From: Tubiluchus corallicola
Lineage: Eukaryota > Animalia > Priapulida
Assembly (NCBI GenBank): GCA_030141605.1
Contig: JAQGDQ010002382.1
Coordinates: 124,001-188,000, forward strand
Direction of reading: 5' to 3'
DNA: 64,000 bases
Positions 25,514 through 40,132 of this stretch are shown piece by piece (the first letter of the stretch is position 1; every line of letters begins with the position of its first letter). Below the pieces are notes generated by a model. The model saw only the letters and a program-made list of their open reading frames with translations. It had not been told where the DNA came from and did not search any database. The position numbers and the translations under genes are program-made.

Positions 25514-26176
25514 CAGGGCCGGATTTTAATTTTGTAGGCCCCTGGGTTACAGATACATGAGGCTCCGGCCCCAGTGACAATTAAAAAAAGCGTGAATGTT
25601 GGATTCTTCAAATCAGCTTATTCAAATTCTACAAAATAATGCCAACATTAGGCCCACGTAGATGGGTGAAAGTTTAACACAACAAAAAGAGAAGAAATAT
25701 TCTGATATTTACAAAATTAAAACATGGAATACATACGAATTACAATAAATTGTAATTTTGTCACAGGAGGTGACCTCAATTCCTCTAAAATTGTGTCATT
25801 GTAATCAGATTGCTAGTGTATTTGGCAGTATCAATGAGTTCAAATAATGAACAAGAAAACAATTTCAGTGTATTATTACACAGTATATTAATGCATTCTC
25901 TAGCAACTTTTCACAGTAATTTACTTTCACTTAATTTCTGGAGGCCCCTCAACTGGCAAAGGCCCCTGGGCTGCAGCCCATAAAGCCCATGCTCTAGTAA
26001 CTTTTCACAGTAATTTACTTTCAGAATCTCTGGAGGCCCCTCAACTGGCAAAGGCCCCTGGGATGCAGCCCATAAAGCCCATGCTCTAGTAACTTTTCAC
26101 AGTAATTTACTTTCACTTAATTTCTGAAGGCCCCTCAGCTGGCGAAGGCCGCTGGGCTGCAGCCCATCTGGTACTG
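25514..26176. mobile_element. hAT-like MITE with an internal triplicated segment of about 95 bp
   Basis: Imperfect TIR CAGGGCCGGAT / ATCTGGTACTG. 8-bp TSD TTCAAGAC (25506-25513) / TTAAAGAC (26177-26184). GGCCCCTGGGCTGCAGCCCAT-type subterminal motif present three times. Confidence 0.75.
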
Positions 26177-26529
26177 TTAAAGACAATTAATGAGTTTTGA
26201 GAACTCAGCTGATTCACGGCTGTTTCAACTAGAAAATGCTCACTAAGCAGCATTAGGTTTTATACTGTACTGTGTTATACTAGCTTTAAAAATCTTTGCA
26301 TGTTTGTTAGAGATTTCGTCGTCTTTAATATAACATCAATAATTGATTCATTAAACCACCATGCATCGTCTCCCAAAAGACAGTCACCAAACTAATTTTC
26401 TTACTTATTTAATCGTTGGTAAAGAGCAAACATGACTGACTTATTCCTTATTCATTATATTAAACACTTACTGATTAATAAGACCAGATTTCAAAAGCAA
26501 GCCTCCCTTGCTCGTGTGTATTTGCTTAC

Positions 26530-26629
26530 CTCTCTACAGATATGGTAGCCAGTGTGTTCACGGAAGAGGAAACGGAAACAGCTTGAAGCCAGACAACTGT
26601 TTTGCACGCCCCATCCGAGAACGGATAAC
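26530..26629 (-). CDS. SIFamide/NPFF receptor-like GPCR, cassette B exon 2B (ECL1 and TM3)
   Basis: 100 nt. Acceptor ttcttttaaAG, donor AG|GTAAGC, phase 1-2. Encodes (S)YPFSDGACKTVVWLQAVSVSSSVNTLATISVE(R). Confidence 0.9.
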
Positions 26630-26996
26630 CTTTAAAAGAAAGCTTGTGCTAGCAAACTAGAGTTTAGATCTATTACTGTATTAGTAAGGTACTAATTATA
26701 TCTTTTATTTATCATTACTAATTGTTTTGTCTGTATTCAGGTTTTGTGGTTTTCTGCCGAGGAAAGCGCCAGTGATGCAAAGACGACAGATATATTTTAT
26801 TCAAATTTGAAAGTAGCTAATGCAAGAAAACACTTTTCATAACAAAAGTTTAAAAAATCGTCTTGAAATTTTATATCACTTACATGCTGATTGTAAATTA
26901 AAGTACAAGAGAACACTCTTCATAAATAAAGCTTAAACATCGTCTTGAAAGGTCATATTGCTTACATACTGTCTTATTGCATACAGGGCTTACGTT

Positions 26997-27370
26997 AACA
27001 GTAGCGCTGTATAGAGCTCGTAAATTTAAACTCCCGCGTTAGGCGCAGTCATTGTAATGTCAGTCGTTTGAAACAAATTTAGATAACATCGCATAAAGTT
27101 CGAAAAAATAATCAGAGCATTTGTAACACGCTCCTCGCTAACTAAGCAAAAGTATAAATTGCTTTACATTATCAATAAGATTAAAAATACGTTTTTGGTG
27201 AATCAGTGGTGCACGCTGGGATGGTGATGCAGTGCCATTCCACTAGTTGTCGCGAGCATTTAAAATTATTAAGAAATTTCTTGTCTAGTTACATTTGTTT
27301 TTCAAACAGATAAGAATGATGCATACAGAAGTAATGTAACTTCATATCATGGAAAGTTCCTAGAGACATA
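26997..27370 (-). mobile_element. Arm of the same Kolobok-like repeat family, reverse orientation
   Basis: Aligns by eye with 22778-23167 (GTAAATTTAAACTCCCGCG...TTTGAAACAA...TCTAGTTACAT). Confidence 0.75.
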
Positions 27371-28159
27371 CTGTACTTTAAAAACCGTTTTGATTCTCGT
27401 TAAAAAATTTATTATGAGGTTTTCGGTGACCGCATTGGTAATTTTATTTCATGATATGATATGATGTGATTAACATGGTAATGTTATAGCAAAGAATGTT
27501 TTTTACTATAATGTTTACGAACTGTATTCTGTACAATAATAATTTGCTAATAAAACACGCTTCATTTCGTCAGTCACAAAACAGTTCAGGTCGTGGCATC
27601 ATCCTGAATTCTGTTTGTCAGCTAAATCGATCTAGATTCGCCCTGCGTTATGACTTTCACTTAACGCTACACAAATAATTTACATATTTCATTATTGTTG
27701 TGACTAACCGACTGACTCAATACTATCTGAGGTTAATACAGCGCCCTTTTCGCCTAGAAATATACTGTTTTTTATTTTGTATTAATTTGCATTTAATAAT
27801 GGATAAAGTTACGATGATTTTATGCATGAGATGAGTTTTCTTACTGCAGTTACAAATGTTTGCGGCCTAAAATGTTTCACTGTTTACCTGTGTTTGTCCT
27901 GCACCTCCTATTAACACCGTGTATTATTTGAAATTAATTAAGATTGAACAAAAGATGGCGCTTCTATCAAAGAATTGAAACTTGAGTAGTTTTGTTACGT
28001 TAACGCCAGTGACGCACTACAAGTCCTTTTTTGTAACTTTTGTCAGCAAACAATGATGAATTAAGAAAGAATAAATGGCTTCCCATTCTTTGGGGCAAAA
28101 ATCTTGTGCATATGTCATAGATAAGAAAAAAATTAAATGTTCAAGCAGAAAGTCAGTCT

Positions 28160-28560
28160 GTGTCACCAGAAAATCATCGACTCTGCCAATCGGTTAGTAG
28201 ATCAGCTAACCATCTACTTTTCAACCTGGTAATCGATGAACTGATCTCGAAAGTCGGTTCTCGATTTGGCTATGGGATCGACGAATACCAAGTGGCTATA
28301 GTTGGTTTTACCGATGACCTAGTCCTAATCTCAGCCTCGAAACATGGCATGGGAGTTTTGTTGGAGACAGCCAATGGCTTCTTCACGAAACGAGGTATGA
28401 CACTGAACGCCAACAAGTGCAAAGCCATGAAGCTAGTCAAGGCATACCAGCGAAAGGCTATGAAAGTGTTAATAGAGCACACATGGAAGATCTGCCAGAC
28501 TCCTATTCCAATGCTGGGAGTCAGTGATACGTATAAATACCTGAGAATCCCCATGACTGC
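28160..28560 (+). mobile_element. R2/NeSL-type (RLE clade) non-LTR retrotransposon RT fragment
   Basis: LLFNLVIDELI...IVGFTDDLVLIS...GMTLNANKC...YKYL, corresponding to degenerate RT motifs 4-7. Confidence 0.75.
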
Positions 28561-30470
28561 CAACCTGTCTAGTCAACCAGCTGAGCAAATTTATTTATCA
28601 GAGAGTCCAAAGATATACCATTTGTGCTGGTGCAGCATGTAACCACTAGCGTGTGTAAAATTTAGAAAATCACGCTTAACTTCTGAGAAAACAAAACAAT
28701 AATAACAGATATGAGATTAATACTGTTTCACTTTTATATTTCACAAATATGAACTTTCACTTCATAAACAATGACGTCAGGATTCGCCAGTTAAAATAAT
28801 CCAATCCAGAAAAATGTGACACATTAATGATAAAACAGTATAGATCTTAAATGTACCACAAAAATACTGGTACTTATGTAAGTGATTTCTAGTGATGTTG
28901 ACTTTTCAGCAGTATCAGTCCTGCGTGACTTATAAATGAACAGTCAATCGCAAGGTACAATTATACGAGCTGTCATAGAAGAAATAAACTGGGGAAATAA
29001 ACCTGTTAAGCAGTAACTATGACATCAGCTACCGTTCTGTCGGTTTCTCCAATCATTGGCACCTAGTAAGAAAACTACGTCTCTAGGAATGGCAACTTAA
29101 CTTTATGATGCGTCCTTAAATGTCAATACCTTATTTTAAACTAAGTGTAAAGAAAGTGTATCAAAAAATGATGACACTATTTGCAGCAAGATAGAAAACC
29201 AAAAATGGCAGACGGTAATAACTTTATAATTTTATAACTTTATAACCTAATTTTATAATATCAGCAGTCAATTGACCAAGATACTCATAATGACGAAAGT
29301 TTAGTTCATACTTGATTTAATACTTTTTGCAAGCTATATTATTACTGTCTTGTGTAGGATCTAACTACAATGATACAGAGCCATGTAGTAATGGTTTTTA
29401 ATTCATTTGTTGCCAATTCCAAAACCAAGTACAACATCCGGACAAACTGCAGAGCTGATTCAGTCAAAAGAAGCTGGAAAGTATTGCAACTTTAGAATAG
29501 AGAATGCACATGAAATATTTCTTACTATCTCATGGTCACATCCCGTAGAGCAGACTAAAAATTATATCGTTAAGCATAATCAATGAAAAACAGTGACAAC
29601 ATATGATACCACTAACATCAACATAGACCTAAATCAGACAGTGAGGGCAACTCAAAAAATACACTGGTCTTGAAAATATAATTTTTCAGATTGCTTCAAA
29701 CTCCATTGTGATTTATATCTTCCCTGATACCTGATAACTTAATAACAACATTCAAATATTGCACAAAGGTAACATCACATTATATTAGATAGTGTAATAT
29801 AACAGGCAGCTACAACATCGTAAAGATTGCTCATACTGCCAAGTGTTAACTAAACAGGCTACTAAACAAGCCTGCTCAATCCATCAGTTCATTTATTACA
29901 AGTACACTTCTATATTCCATACTCATTACACTAATGTGTACAATCATTTTCATTGTCAACTAACTTCAACCTAGGCAAGATCAGAAGACAATATTTGGTC
30001 ACATGCTTGTCGCTACAAAATTTTCCAATCGTGAAGACAATAGCACAAGTTTCATTTGCTTTAAAATTGGTGCAATAACATCTTTGAACTTGTGAATGTA
30101 ATATAGCGTGTTTTATACAAATAGTCTGTGATTCACTTCATGACCAAGAGACCATCACAAAATTCGGCTCACATTCCAGTATCTGCAAATAGGATTATGA
30201 CAAGTACACTATTTGGGAATAATTTAACAGATGTATTGGTAATCTTGGAAACTAGTCACCATTCGAGTTACAAAGCGAACACATCACACTTAGCCCGCAC
30301 ATTGTGCAGAAAAACGTTCTCTTGTAAATTTCTCTTCTGTTATTGTTGCTGGTAACAAAAAAGCAGCTCCGTCACATGTAAGAAAAGTACCAAGTAGACG
30401 CCATCATGCACAACCATCAATGACACTAGCGACATGTGGAGCTGCTTTCAGAAACTCCTCTTCATTTTCT

Positions 30471-31206
30471 TCACACATCGTCTTTCAAAGTCGCCATACA
30501 GTAATCTACATGGGTCTGTTCAGAAACGATCCTCTGACTATTTACTGCAGATGTGGTATAGTGTCCTATCCTGTCTCCAGGATACTTCAGCTTCTTACAA
30601 CAAGACCCACTCATCACTATGGCTTTGAACCCTTGCCTGTATTTTCGGTTTAAGTAGGCATAGATGCACGGATTAATACAACTATTTGCAGTGGAAACCC
30701 ACTGAAGGACGGGAACAGCGTGATTGACGTAACTTAGTGCCACGTCATCAAAACTGTTGAAGTAATAGCCGATGAAGATGGCGTACAAAGGTAGCCAAGA
30801 AATGGCGAAAATCAAGACTACCACCAGAAGCATTTTGATGACTTGGATCCGTTGGCGACGGACAATATTCTCATACTCTCGAGCATCGCCGATTAAATCT
30901 CTTTTCCACACAGCCAAGAAAATGTTCATGTAACAAAAACTGATTGTTAAAAGTGGGGCAACATAGCAGAGGATGAAGACATTGAACAACAAATTCCACT
31001 TCATCGCGTGTTCGTACCCGTTCGGCCATTGTTCCATGCAGTAGCGTATGATTACTTGGCGATCTGCTGACGGATTATCAGTTATTTGGAAAAAAGCAAA
31101 CCATGGAATAAAAAACGCCCCGGCGCAAATCCAGATGGCAGCACAAGCTTTTCTAGCTGTCCTCAATGTCATCTGAAATTTCATTGGGTGGCAAATGGCA
31201 AAGTAT
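30471..31206 (-). CDS. SIFamide/NPFF receptor-like GPCR, cassette A exon 3A (end of TM3 to TM7 and C-tail)
   Basis: Acceptor tttttccAG|A completes D-R-Y. Contains ECL2 Cys (YCMEQW), TM6 FAISWLPLY, TM7 NSCINPCIY and YLNRKYRQGFKAIVMSGSCCKKLKY. Minus-strand AATAAA at 29892-29897. Confidence 0.93.
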
Positions 31207-31500
31207 CTGGAAAAATAACAATAAAGACAAAGTTATATGAAACTTGTTGGCTGATTGGAGTTGAACATATGTCAGATATAGCGGGGTTTTAACAAAACGG
31301 AGACAGGCTAGGAAATAGATAGAAGGTAACTACAGTTAGCAAACACTGACTAAACTGAAAAAGTTAACAAAAAATGTCTGACCATTAAGTTGGATGTTGC
31401 TGATGACTTCATTCAATAAAACTATTTTCAATCCTGTAAGACGGCAACTTACTTTGCAAGACTACATTTACAAATGTCAGTGCCACTTTTGCAGGCTTAC

Positions 31501-31600
31501 CTATCAAGAGAAATTGCCACCAAAGTATACACAGATGTCGCCACCGACAAACCCTGAAGCCATGACACCAACTTGCATGGTATCATGCCGAACTGATAAC
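31501..31600 (-). CDS. SIFamide/NPFF receptor-like GPCR, cassette A exon 2A (ECL1 and TM3)
   Basis: 100 nt. Acceptor tgtattatAG, donor AG|GTAAGC, phase 1-2. Encodes (S)YQFGMIPCKLVSWLQGLSVATSVYTLVAISLD(R). Confidence 0.92.
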
Positions 31601-33339
31601 CTATAATACAAAACACTCATGTTATAATAATAAACTAACAAAAATATCATTATGCATAAAACGATTATGCATAATTATACATAAATTATAACACTACATC
31701 AGCATAATTAATGTTAAACAATGCTAAACAATGTTAAACCCACAATAATTAATTAGCTATTGTCGTTGCTTATAGTTTTTGATCACATCAGTCAGTTAGG
31801 CACCTTCACAATAATTAATGTGTTTTAAAAAAATGTAAAACAAAAAGCAATTGTCACAATGCGATGTAATGTAAAATTTATTTTAGTCGTAATTATAAGC
31901 ACTGGGCAACTACATTACGACTGTAACAGTCAGTTACACAATAATAAGGCTTTCACAGTTTCGTTGTGCGCACGCGCAGTTGTTGTAGGTCGTAGGTTAA
32001 GTGTACCACAGCAACCCGTCGTATCTACAATCGTCACGTGACATGTGGGTAAAGTAAAGCCCAGTTCAGTAACGTCAGTGTTTTCGTGGACTTCACTTAA
32101 CTGTGCAATAGTCTGTGCGGGATCTTGTTTGGGAACAAGAGAAAATGAATTAGAATTAATTACTAATCCAATAGCATGGACTGCGAGGTGTGGTCAAGTG
32201 AACACAAATGCGTTGTCTGGTACATTTAACCTTTGACCTTTCCACGATCATCATCAATCGCTGGAACTGCGAAAAGGCTTATTAACTGACTGTACAAGCT
32301 ACTGCTATTACTATAGCTAATGCTGCTATAACTGCTACATTACCATTGCTATATAATAAACTAATTATATTAATTAATTAGCATAATTTAATTATTAGCA
32401 GTTTTCTGTATTAGTAATTATACCAATTAATCAGACCAACACTAGCAGTTAATTATCAGTATTATAATAATTCTCAATTGTTAAAACCTAATAACACTTA
32501 TTATTATTATAAGGCATAATAATTCCGTTTTGTGCAATACAACACACAATTTAACAATTGCAGACTTATCATCATCAAGTTTACAAAAATCATGGCATGT
32601 AAATTCCCTGCTCACAAATAAAAAATTAAACACAGTTAATCATGCTTTTGTGTTTAAATTAATTGTATTTGCGGGCGCTTAGAACTGCAAGAATGTGTTG
32701 GTGACATGCAGTCCACTGCACCTACATGCAGTTTACATGCAGACACGTGACATGCATGCGATAGTTGTTCTGAAACGCATAATAATTAATATGACGTTGA
32801 ACGTTGGAGGTCTGTTTAATTTCTCGCAGCTTCAAAATGAAGCCATTAATTAGGTCGTCATTGCAGCACGATAAGTGCTCGGTTCAGCTAGAGATAATGA
32901 CTTATCTTCATTATGTTAGTACGATGTGACGAAAATTACGTGTTTATTAAGCGAAAAACCATCACGCATACCGTAGATGTCAAAACCAGAAGTGCCCATT
33001 CTGAGAAAAGTAGGAAAAAATTATGGCAAATAATCATTTGCGGATGTCGTAGTAGCCAGTTAGTAAATGAATCAGCTACACATAGTGATGATAACTGTTT
33101 ATTTGGTATAATACAAAATGTAAAGGCATAACAACTCTTTTTGCAGTAGAACTTGAGTAAACACTTTTGTATCCAACTTATACCTGATGTAAAAACTATA
33201 CAACTGATTATGTTATAAAGTCACAATGATTGTATGTTAATGCATGCCCAGTTGGTTAATGGAATAAGTAGCATAAATATGAACAATTCTGACAATTTCT
33301 CAGTCAAAAAAGCTTTTGTCGTTTTAACTTTAACACTCA

Positions 33340-33539
33340 TAGCTAGTTTATTGGACAACAAGCGTATTTTCTGTTGGGAGGTTGCGGGTTCGATACTACG
33401 GTGGGGTAATACAAACACTTTTTACGTGGCACCTGCCTGGGTGGATTAACGATTCTGTAATGTAGCTGTAGTTGTTATTTACAGCCGCTGATAAACGCCT
33501 AGTGTTGTCTATTGAGTTTAAAACCATCTTTAAATAAAG

Positions 33540-33622
<83 letters not shown>

Positions 33623-33659
33623 TATTACTATTATTATTACTATTATTATTATTATTATA

Positions 33660-33731
<72 letters not shown>
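33340..33731 (+). mobile_element. tRNA-derived SINE ending in AATAAA and a (TAT)n tail (33541-33731)
   Basis: TAGCT A-box-like start, GGTTGCGGGTTCGATAC B-box, body, then the simple-repeat tail. Confidence 0.6.
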
Positions 33732-33733
<2 letters not shown>

Positions 33734-36600
33734 AAGAAAAGCAAGGCCCTCTAGGAAGTTGGGCTTATTTCAAAAATGTTAGAAAGATTTAGTAATAAAA
33801 TTGCTATAAGTGCTTCGTGTAATTAGTAAAATCTCCTTAAAATCGCGATCATTTCACGGTTGGGCGCTGCTATTTTTAAGGCCTGTTCTTCCCCTAATGA
33901 CATCGTTCATCAAAAGCAGCCCACTCTTATTTGCCGTCAAAACTGTAAGTTTTCATAAAAAATTATACAGCTAATTTTTTGATATTTTTGTTCGAACATT
34001 AGGTATGCTGCAGAAGCTTGAATTAGTTTATGCAGCGCGTGCTTACGGAAACTTACGATGCGCTTACGAAAAGTCACGAAGTCCACCAGTTACGCCACAA
34101 TTTCAAGTGAACGGTGGCAACCACCGCGCCGGAAAATTTCAAATAAAGCGAAAGTAAAAATTAACTTTATGCTTTATAGACAATTTTTGCAATTTTACTT
34201 CTTATATTTTTCTACATTTAGGTGATAGCAGTAAAATAAACCCAACATGCTAAGTGACTTGTCATTTCTTTAAAGAAAATAAGCCTAAAGGTAAAGACGA
34301 ATGATGAAATATGCTTAGCTTTAGCAGGCAGCAACTTTCTTACACAAACTGTCACTAATAACATGTATTGTTATGGTCACAGCAGCCCCGAGCATTTCCT
34401 TTATTCGAGATTTAGTAAACTTCAGCGTTTCTTACGTCTGTTGAAAAGTGCAGATCGAAATCCATTACGCTTGTTTGATGCTTCAGCGGTGTGCCTTTTC
34501 TAATTCACTTATCAGTCTGAAGCAGCGGAAATAAATTATGAGGAAAAGTTTACGCGGTGTGACGACACAATTACAGAGTGAGTCCACAGAATGGTGATGC
34601 TGCGGTCAGTGATTCCCAGTCGTCCAAATATTTTTCTTGAAACAACCGGTGATTTTCACTGAGTTGGTTGTTCTGAGATGAGGGAAGCAGAACAGCCGAG
34701 TGGCCACGGCGTGTACTTCGCGAGCAAGGCTAAGCCACGCCAGGCAGATGAATCAATCACTTGTGACCGCTTGTGTTCCATACTCTCTCTTGGCGGTTTC
34801 ATTGGCCATACGAACTGTGGATGTTTACGTTCGAAGACTAGACGATTTGAGTGCAGTGAGATGCAGCCCCAGCCGATTCAGTCCAACCTCATCCTAGCAG
34901 GTTAACTTCGTAATGAGTCACAAGGTGCAGAACGGTATAAAAAATAAAATACTCTTGGTAAAATGGCAAAAGGCAAGAAGGTCTCAGCTGGCTTTGAACC
35001 AGGTGTCTTCAGGTACACAGGTACTGTTCTTGCTGTCATCGCGTAATTTTCGTTGATTTAAAAGTGAACTCGGTAGAACTGAGAAACTTTGGCCCACCTT
35101 ACAGTGAGGAGCATTCCTTGGGGCATTCCTCATGGAACACATTGTTTTTTATGGCGCATTTCATACAGACGTCTCATGTGGAAATCAGATAAAAAAGTTT
35201 GGGATTCGTGAAAACAGTACGGATAGCAATCGCAGCACGAGTGGACCATTTGTGTGGCAAGTTAACCCCGTAGTTTAAGAAAAAACGAAACCAAAACCAG
35301 GTTTTGTTTAATTTTCTGCATTCTGAGTAAAACGTTCAAATTTTTGATTTTTACAAAAACATTGGCCTATGAACGTTTTAAACTGAATTCACTTTTTTTA
35401 GGAATGGTAGCCTATTTAAAAATGTACAACATAAATATTATTTTTGCCTAAAAGAAACGTCAATATGTGTACTTAGTTATACTTATAAAGCTTTTTCATA
35501 ATATATTTACTTTTAGTCTAAGTATCATGATGTAGCCAACATTGTTACAATTGTGTTTTTGAAAGCGTCATTTTCCTTGCGTCCTCAGTGTGAAGTGGGC
35601 CTTAGGAATTTATGTTCACCACGATCAGTGTTCTATTTTTTCGTTTTTGTAGTTGTTGCTATGGTCACGTTGTTGTCGTCATTGTCATCATCATCGTCAT
35701 CGTCATCGGAGCCTTTCAGACGTTTAGACACTACAGAAAGCAACATCATTTATGGTGCTCTCAAACTACACATATTGGTAAAGGGGTAAAGTTGCACAGT
35801 TCACATCATGCCGAGATATTTTTGGTTTGAACTTGTCGTAAGTCGATAGATTGACGAACAAGAACGAAGACAACTCCTATAGAAAGCGAATACAGCCGCC
35901 AGCGGCAATCTAGGATAAATATCCCCTTGGAATCACTTAAGCGAGCGCCGAAGTAACGCGCTCAGTAATATTTATTTTGGGCAATACATTTTAGCTTGTA
36001 ATTAGCTGTTTCAAAAATGCCATCTGCAATCGTAATATAAGATAATACTGTAATTAAAAATGTAACATACGTATTTTGTGGAATACGTATACATTAGTGC
36101 TGGATCCTGCATGCAATAGCCGCTGCTACAAAGTATGAGAAGCATTTTCATGCACTAATTTAAAAATGTGGTAAAGGCATGCTTATTATTCGTAATATAT
36201 AATGCAGTGCCAGTGCTATACATGTATAAATAACAACCAAACGTACCCATTGCAGCAGAAAGCGGTAACTTGCAGACGGTGTACAACCATAATCTCATTG
36301 TCCAGGTAAAATAAAAAAAATCTGGAGCCATCCACAAACGCACGTCGAACAGCAATAAAAACCGAGGGTAGAAAAAAGGAATGCAAACCAAAGCAATAGA
36401 AAGCACATAAGCACGAAACAGGTGCGAGCCACAACATCTAGATTAAAATGCGAAAAATTGTAGCATGTTCTGAAAAACTTGTAGGGGCTTTGTGACAGAT
36501 ATTTAACTATGGTGCAGGCTGTGTGTTTTTGCACCATCACAATTTTAAAAAGATGTAAAATAACCACATTTTAAAGTATATCACACTTAATACGCAGGAT

Positions 36601-36850
36601 ACAAACGGAGGTGTACCACAAGGATCCACTGTAGGACAACTGCTTTTTCTTAGCTACATCAATGATCTCTTTCTTATTACTGATTTCAGTACATATCTTT
36701 TTGCTGATGACAGACCCCTTAATCAAATCCATCCACTAATTCATTTCAGTTCCAACATCACAATAACAGAGAGCTAACTGGATAGAAGCATACAAATTAT
36801 CAGCTAATTACACCAAAATTAAATATATGATACTAATAAGCAGCAAAGGA
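36601..36850 (+). mobile_element. CR1/L2-type LINE RT fragment
   Basis: Hand translation gives GGVPQGSTVGQLLFLSYINDL...YLFADD. Confidence 0.8.
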
Positions 36851-39800
36851 TGTCTCTATTGGTGATCGCAAGATGTAAGGCATTCGCAGTACGGAGCACA
36901 AAAATAATTGGGAACAGATGCCCCTGTACGGTAAGTAGGTGTTTGTCAGGTGATGGATTGACTTCAAAGCCTTAAATACAGTCAGTTAACTTACGATCTT
37001 ATACAACTTACGTGCCCTCTTGGCTGGTTGCTCGTTGTAACTAAATTATCACTAAGCCCCCGGTTCATTTGTTCATGCTATGTTTCAGTTTATTGCTTTC
37101 TTGCCTGCTTTATAAAACCTATGCGAGCGAATGCAGTAATAAGAAGCAAAAAAATTTGCGTTTTGCCAAAAATAGCTGAACTAGCAGTGCTGAGCTATAT
37201 GTAATAGCTTTTTATAGTAGCTATTTAAAACGCAAAATTCGCCCACATAAATGGGTCACTGCAAAATTTTATACAAGGTGTCTAAAAAGTCAGTTTTGTA
37301 ATTTTCGTGTAATTTAAGCAGGATTTCAAGTTTCTAAAAGTAGCAATAAATTACTCAGGATCTTCGTTGGCTTCAAGCTACAACCAAAGAGCGTGGACAA
37401 AAGAAGCTCGATTCTAAATTCAGCAAGATTGGTGGATACTGTTTGACAGAAAACTGAATTACCTGAAGAAAATTAAATTGCGTGAGGAATGGTAACGAAA
37501 TCAAGTCTCTTCATACGCCAGAAATTATTGTGAAACGAAAATTTTCCAATAAAAATCAAGACGAGTTGATTCCACGACAGAATGGTATTTGGTCAATATT
37601 AGCTTTTTGTTGAACTGAGCTGTTTTGTTTTGCTTAAGTTATGCTGTTTAACATAAACAGGCTTTTCCACTGTTTTTTGGTACTCCAAAAATTTATAGCA
37701 ACAATAGCTATTGTGATGACTTGCAATAGCTATTATACTAAAACTAACGCTTTATACACCGTGTATGCATAGCTATAATGAAACCTAAAGGTAAGAATAA
37801 CAGGGTAGTAATCATTGCGCACATCAAAGTCATCCATAAAAGAAAGACCTATTATAACGTAGGTCAGAAAAGTATTGTACACATACTTAAAAGTGCAATA
37901 GAAGTAATCTTGGCAGGTTATACTGAAAGGTGCTAATAGTTATTATTATAAAATACTATTAAATGATATTTTATAATATCATATATATATAATATAATAT
38001 CGTCTTTGTTTGTTATTGTTTAGGTCATTAATTAAGTCTTGTCCATGTTGAGCTTAGCTCATAAGTTAATTTCTTCTACTACGCTCATAGCACTGCAATG
38101 CAATGTTAATTTGTAATTGTATAACTTTTGTATTGTGCTAAATTGATGAATAAATTAATCTAAATCTAAATATGTTTTATAAACGTACAGGTTAACCAAC
38201 TAAAGTAGGTCCCCACTGGAGAGTGCTACGACACTCGTAGATTATTTCTACTAATGCCATCATGCATCAGGGATTTGTAAATTTAAATTTACAGTTTGCT
38301 GTAAAAATATAGTCAACCATTGGGACAATGAGCAACTGAGCTGTATATACTTCTAGGCACGTGTAAGTGAAATAAACTGGGAACCATTAAAGTTTTTGCT
38401 CCTCTGTGTGTGTGTGTGTACTGTAGACAAGCATAGAAATAGAATTATCATTTTTGTGAAGCTCAGACGCTTCTGATGCAGATCTCATTTGAATTCAGAG
38501 ACGTGACCGTATTTTGCAAAACAAAAAAAAACTAGCTGAAGAGTCGATACGTCGCTTAACCAAACGTCCACAAAGCAGTCAGTTGTCAATACTCGTCGGT
38601 TGTAGTCACACTGTAAGTTCCAATATATACTAAAATTATCATCGTCGTCGTCGTCGTCGCCATCGTTGTCATCACCACCATCATAATCAATATTCACTAC
38701 CATGTGGCACCGCAACTAACACAAACATCAACGCCAACAACACTATCATTGCCACTAACGCCCCATGACCTTATTCAGCCACCATTTTTAATTTTGCTGT
38801 TTAAATTTTTAACACCAACGGCAGCTAGAATGTCAGCTGCATTCAGTACGATTTACTACACGATGTTCACAATATTATAACGCTTTGTTTCACTCTCCTT
38901 TCATCAACCCTACACCTGGAGTTTAATACTTTCATCTGAACGCACTGATTATTTTAAATTACCACACTTGTGTAAAAGATCACGTTTCTGTGACAGACTT
39001 GATTGTATGGTAAAGCGAGCGAGTCATCGTTTAATCATGACACCTGAGGCATGGCAGTGATTAAAAGAATTGTCAGTAGTAGAACTAAAAATCATAATAA
39101 AGGTCATTCTCACAGAAGCACAATGGGGAAAATAATTATACTGCAAGTCTGTAATTTGAGTGAAAGTCAGATTCAAATGTAAAGATGAATGATCATTGTT
39201 ATCTATGTATAGTATTAAATGTTGACTTCATGGTTGTTGATGTTGGCACAGCAGTTGCTGCTGCTGCTGCTGCTGCTGCTGCCCTACTTTTGCTGCTCCT
39301 GTTCCTGTTGTTTTTTGCTGTTACTGCCGTTGTTGCTGTTGCTGTAATATTCTGGAATTTGTGATTAAGTACGAACGTATTGCCAATGTCTAACTCGCTT
39401 TTGTACTAGAAATATTCAATCTGGGTGATGTACCAGACAGGCTGATGAAGTAGCTGTTATTGTTGGTGTTGCTGTTGTTTCTAAAATTCTATTTCAACTG
39501 CCTTTTTATAAATTTTGACGTCATTTTATGTCACAGTTTTCTGAAATTCTGTCCCTATAACAATTCTGCTTTTGCCGCTGATTTGCGCAAATCTTCATTG
39601 AAACGCCGCCTGGTGACAGTAATCATCAGCTGTCATTGGCACGGCCTTTGTTGTCATTATTCTTGAGTGACACTACAACAAGTCTACATAAGCCAAAAAA
39701 AATCTAAGTCCAAAAATGTATTAGAATGCGCAGTTAAGTGACGTTTCGTTCGAAATTCAAAAATTTTACATAATTCTAATAAAATACCTCCTAGTGTGCA

Positions 39801-40019
39801 TCATTCGTAGATAGATGTTGAAAATCCAAACTTGTTAGACATCTTATATGTAAAACCAAATTACCTGCAACACGTTTTAGTCATTGTGGTGACGTTTTTA
39901 CTGACAGCAGCAAAGGACACAGTGAAGCGGAATTTAGTGATGGCAGTGGCGTTTGCTGCAATGATTATAATGAAACTAGGGTAACAGTGATAATTACGAT
40001 GATGACGACGATGGTGATA

Positions 40020-40027
40020 TAATAATA

Positions 40028-40076
<49 letters not shown>

Positions 40077-40132
40077 CGATGATGATGACGACGACGACGA
40101 TGATAATGATGATGATGATGATGATGATGATA
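40020..40132. repeat. (GAT)n microsatellite
   Basis: Directly visible. Confidence 0.9.

Noticed and set aside
26630-30470. A private TM1-2 exon making cassette B an independent gene
   Set aside because: No minus-strand hydrophobic GNxxV/LAxAD-type frame found in the ORF track or by eye near candidate donors. A tblastn search is still needed to exclude small or degenerate exons.
34400-34920. CpG-richer intronic segment as an exon or internal promoter
   Set aside because: No convincing splice sites, protein motif or promoter architecture visible.
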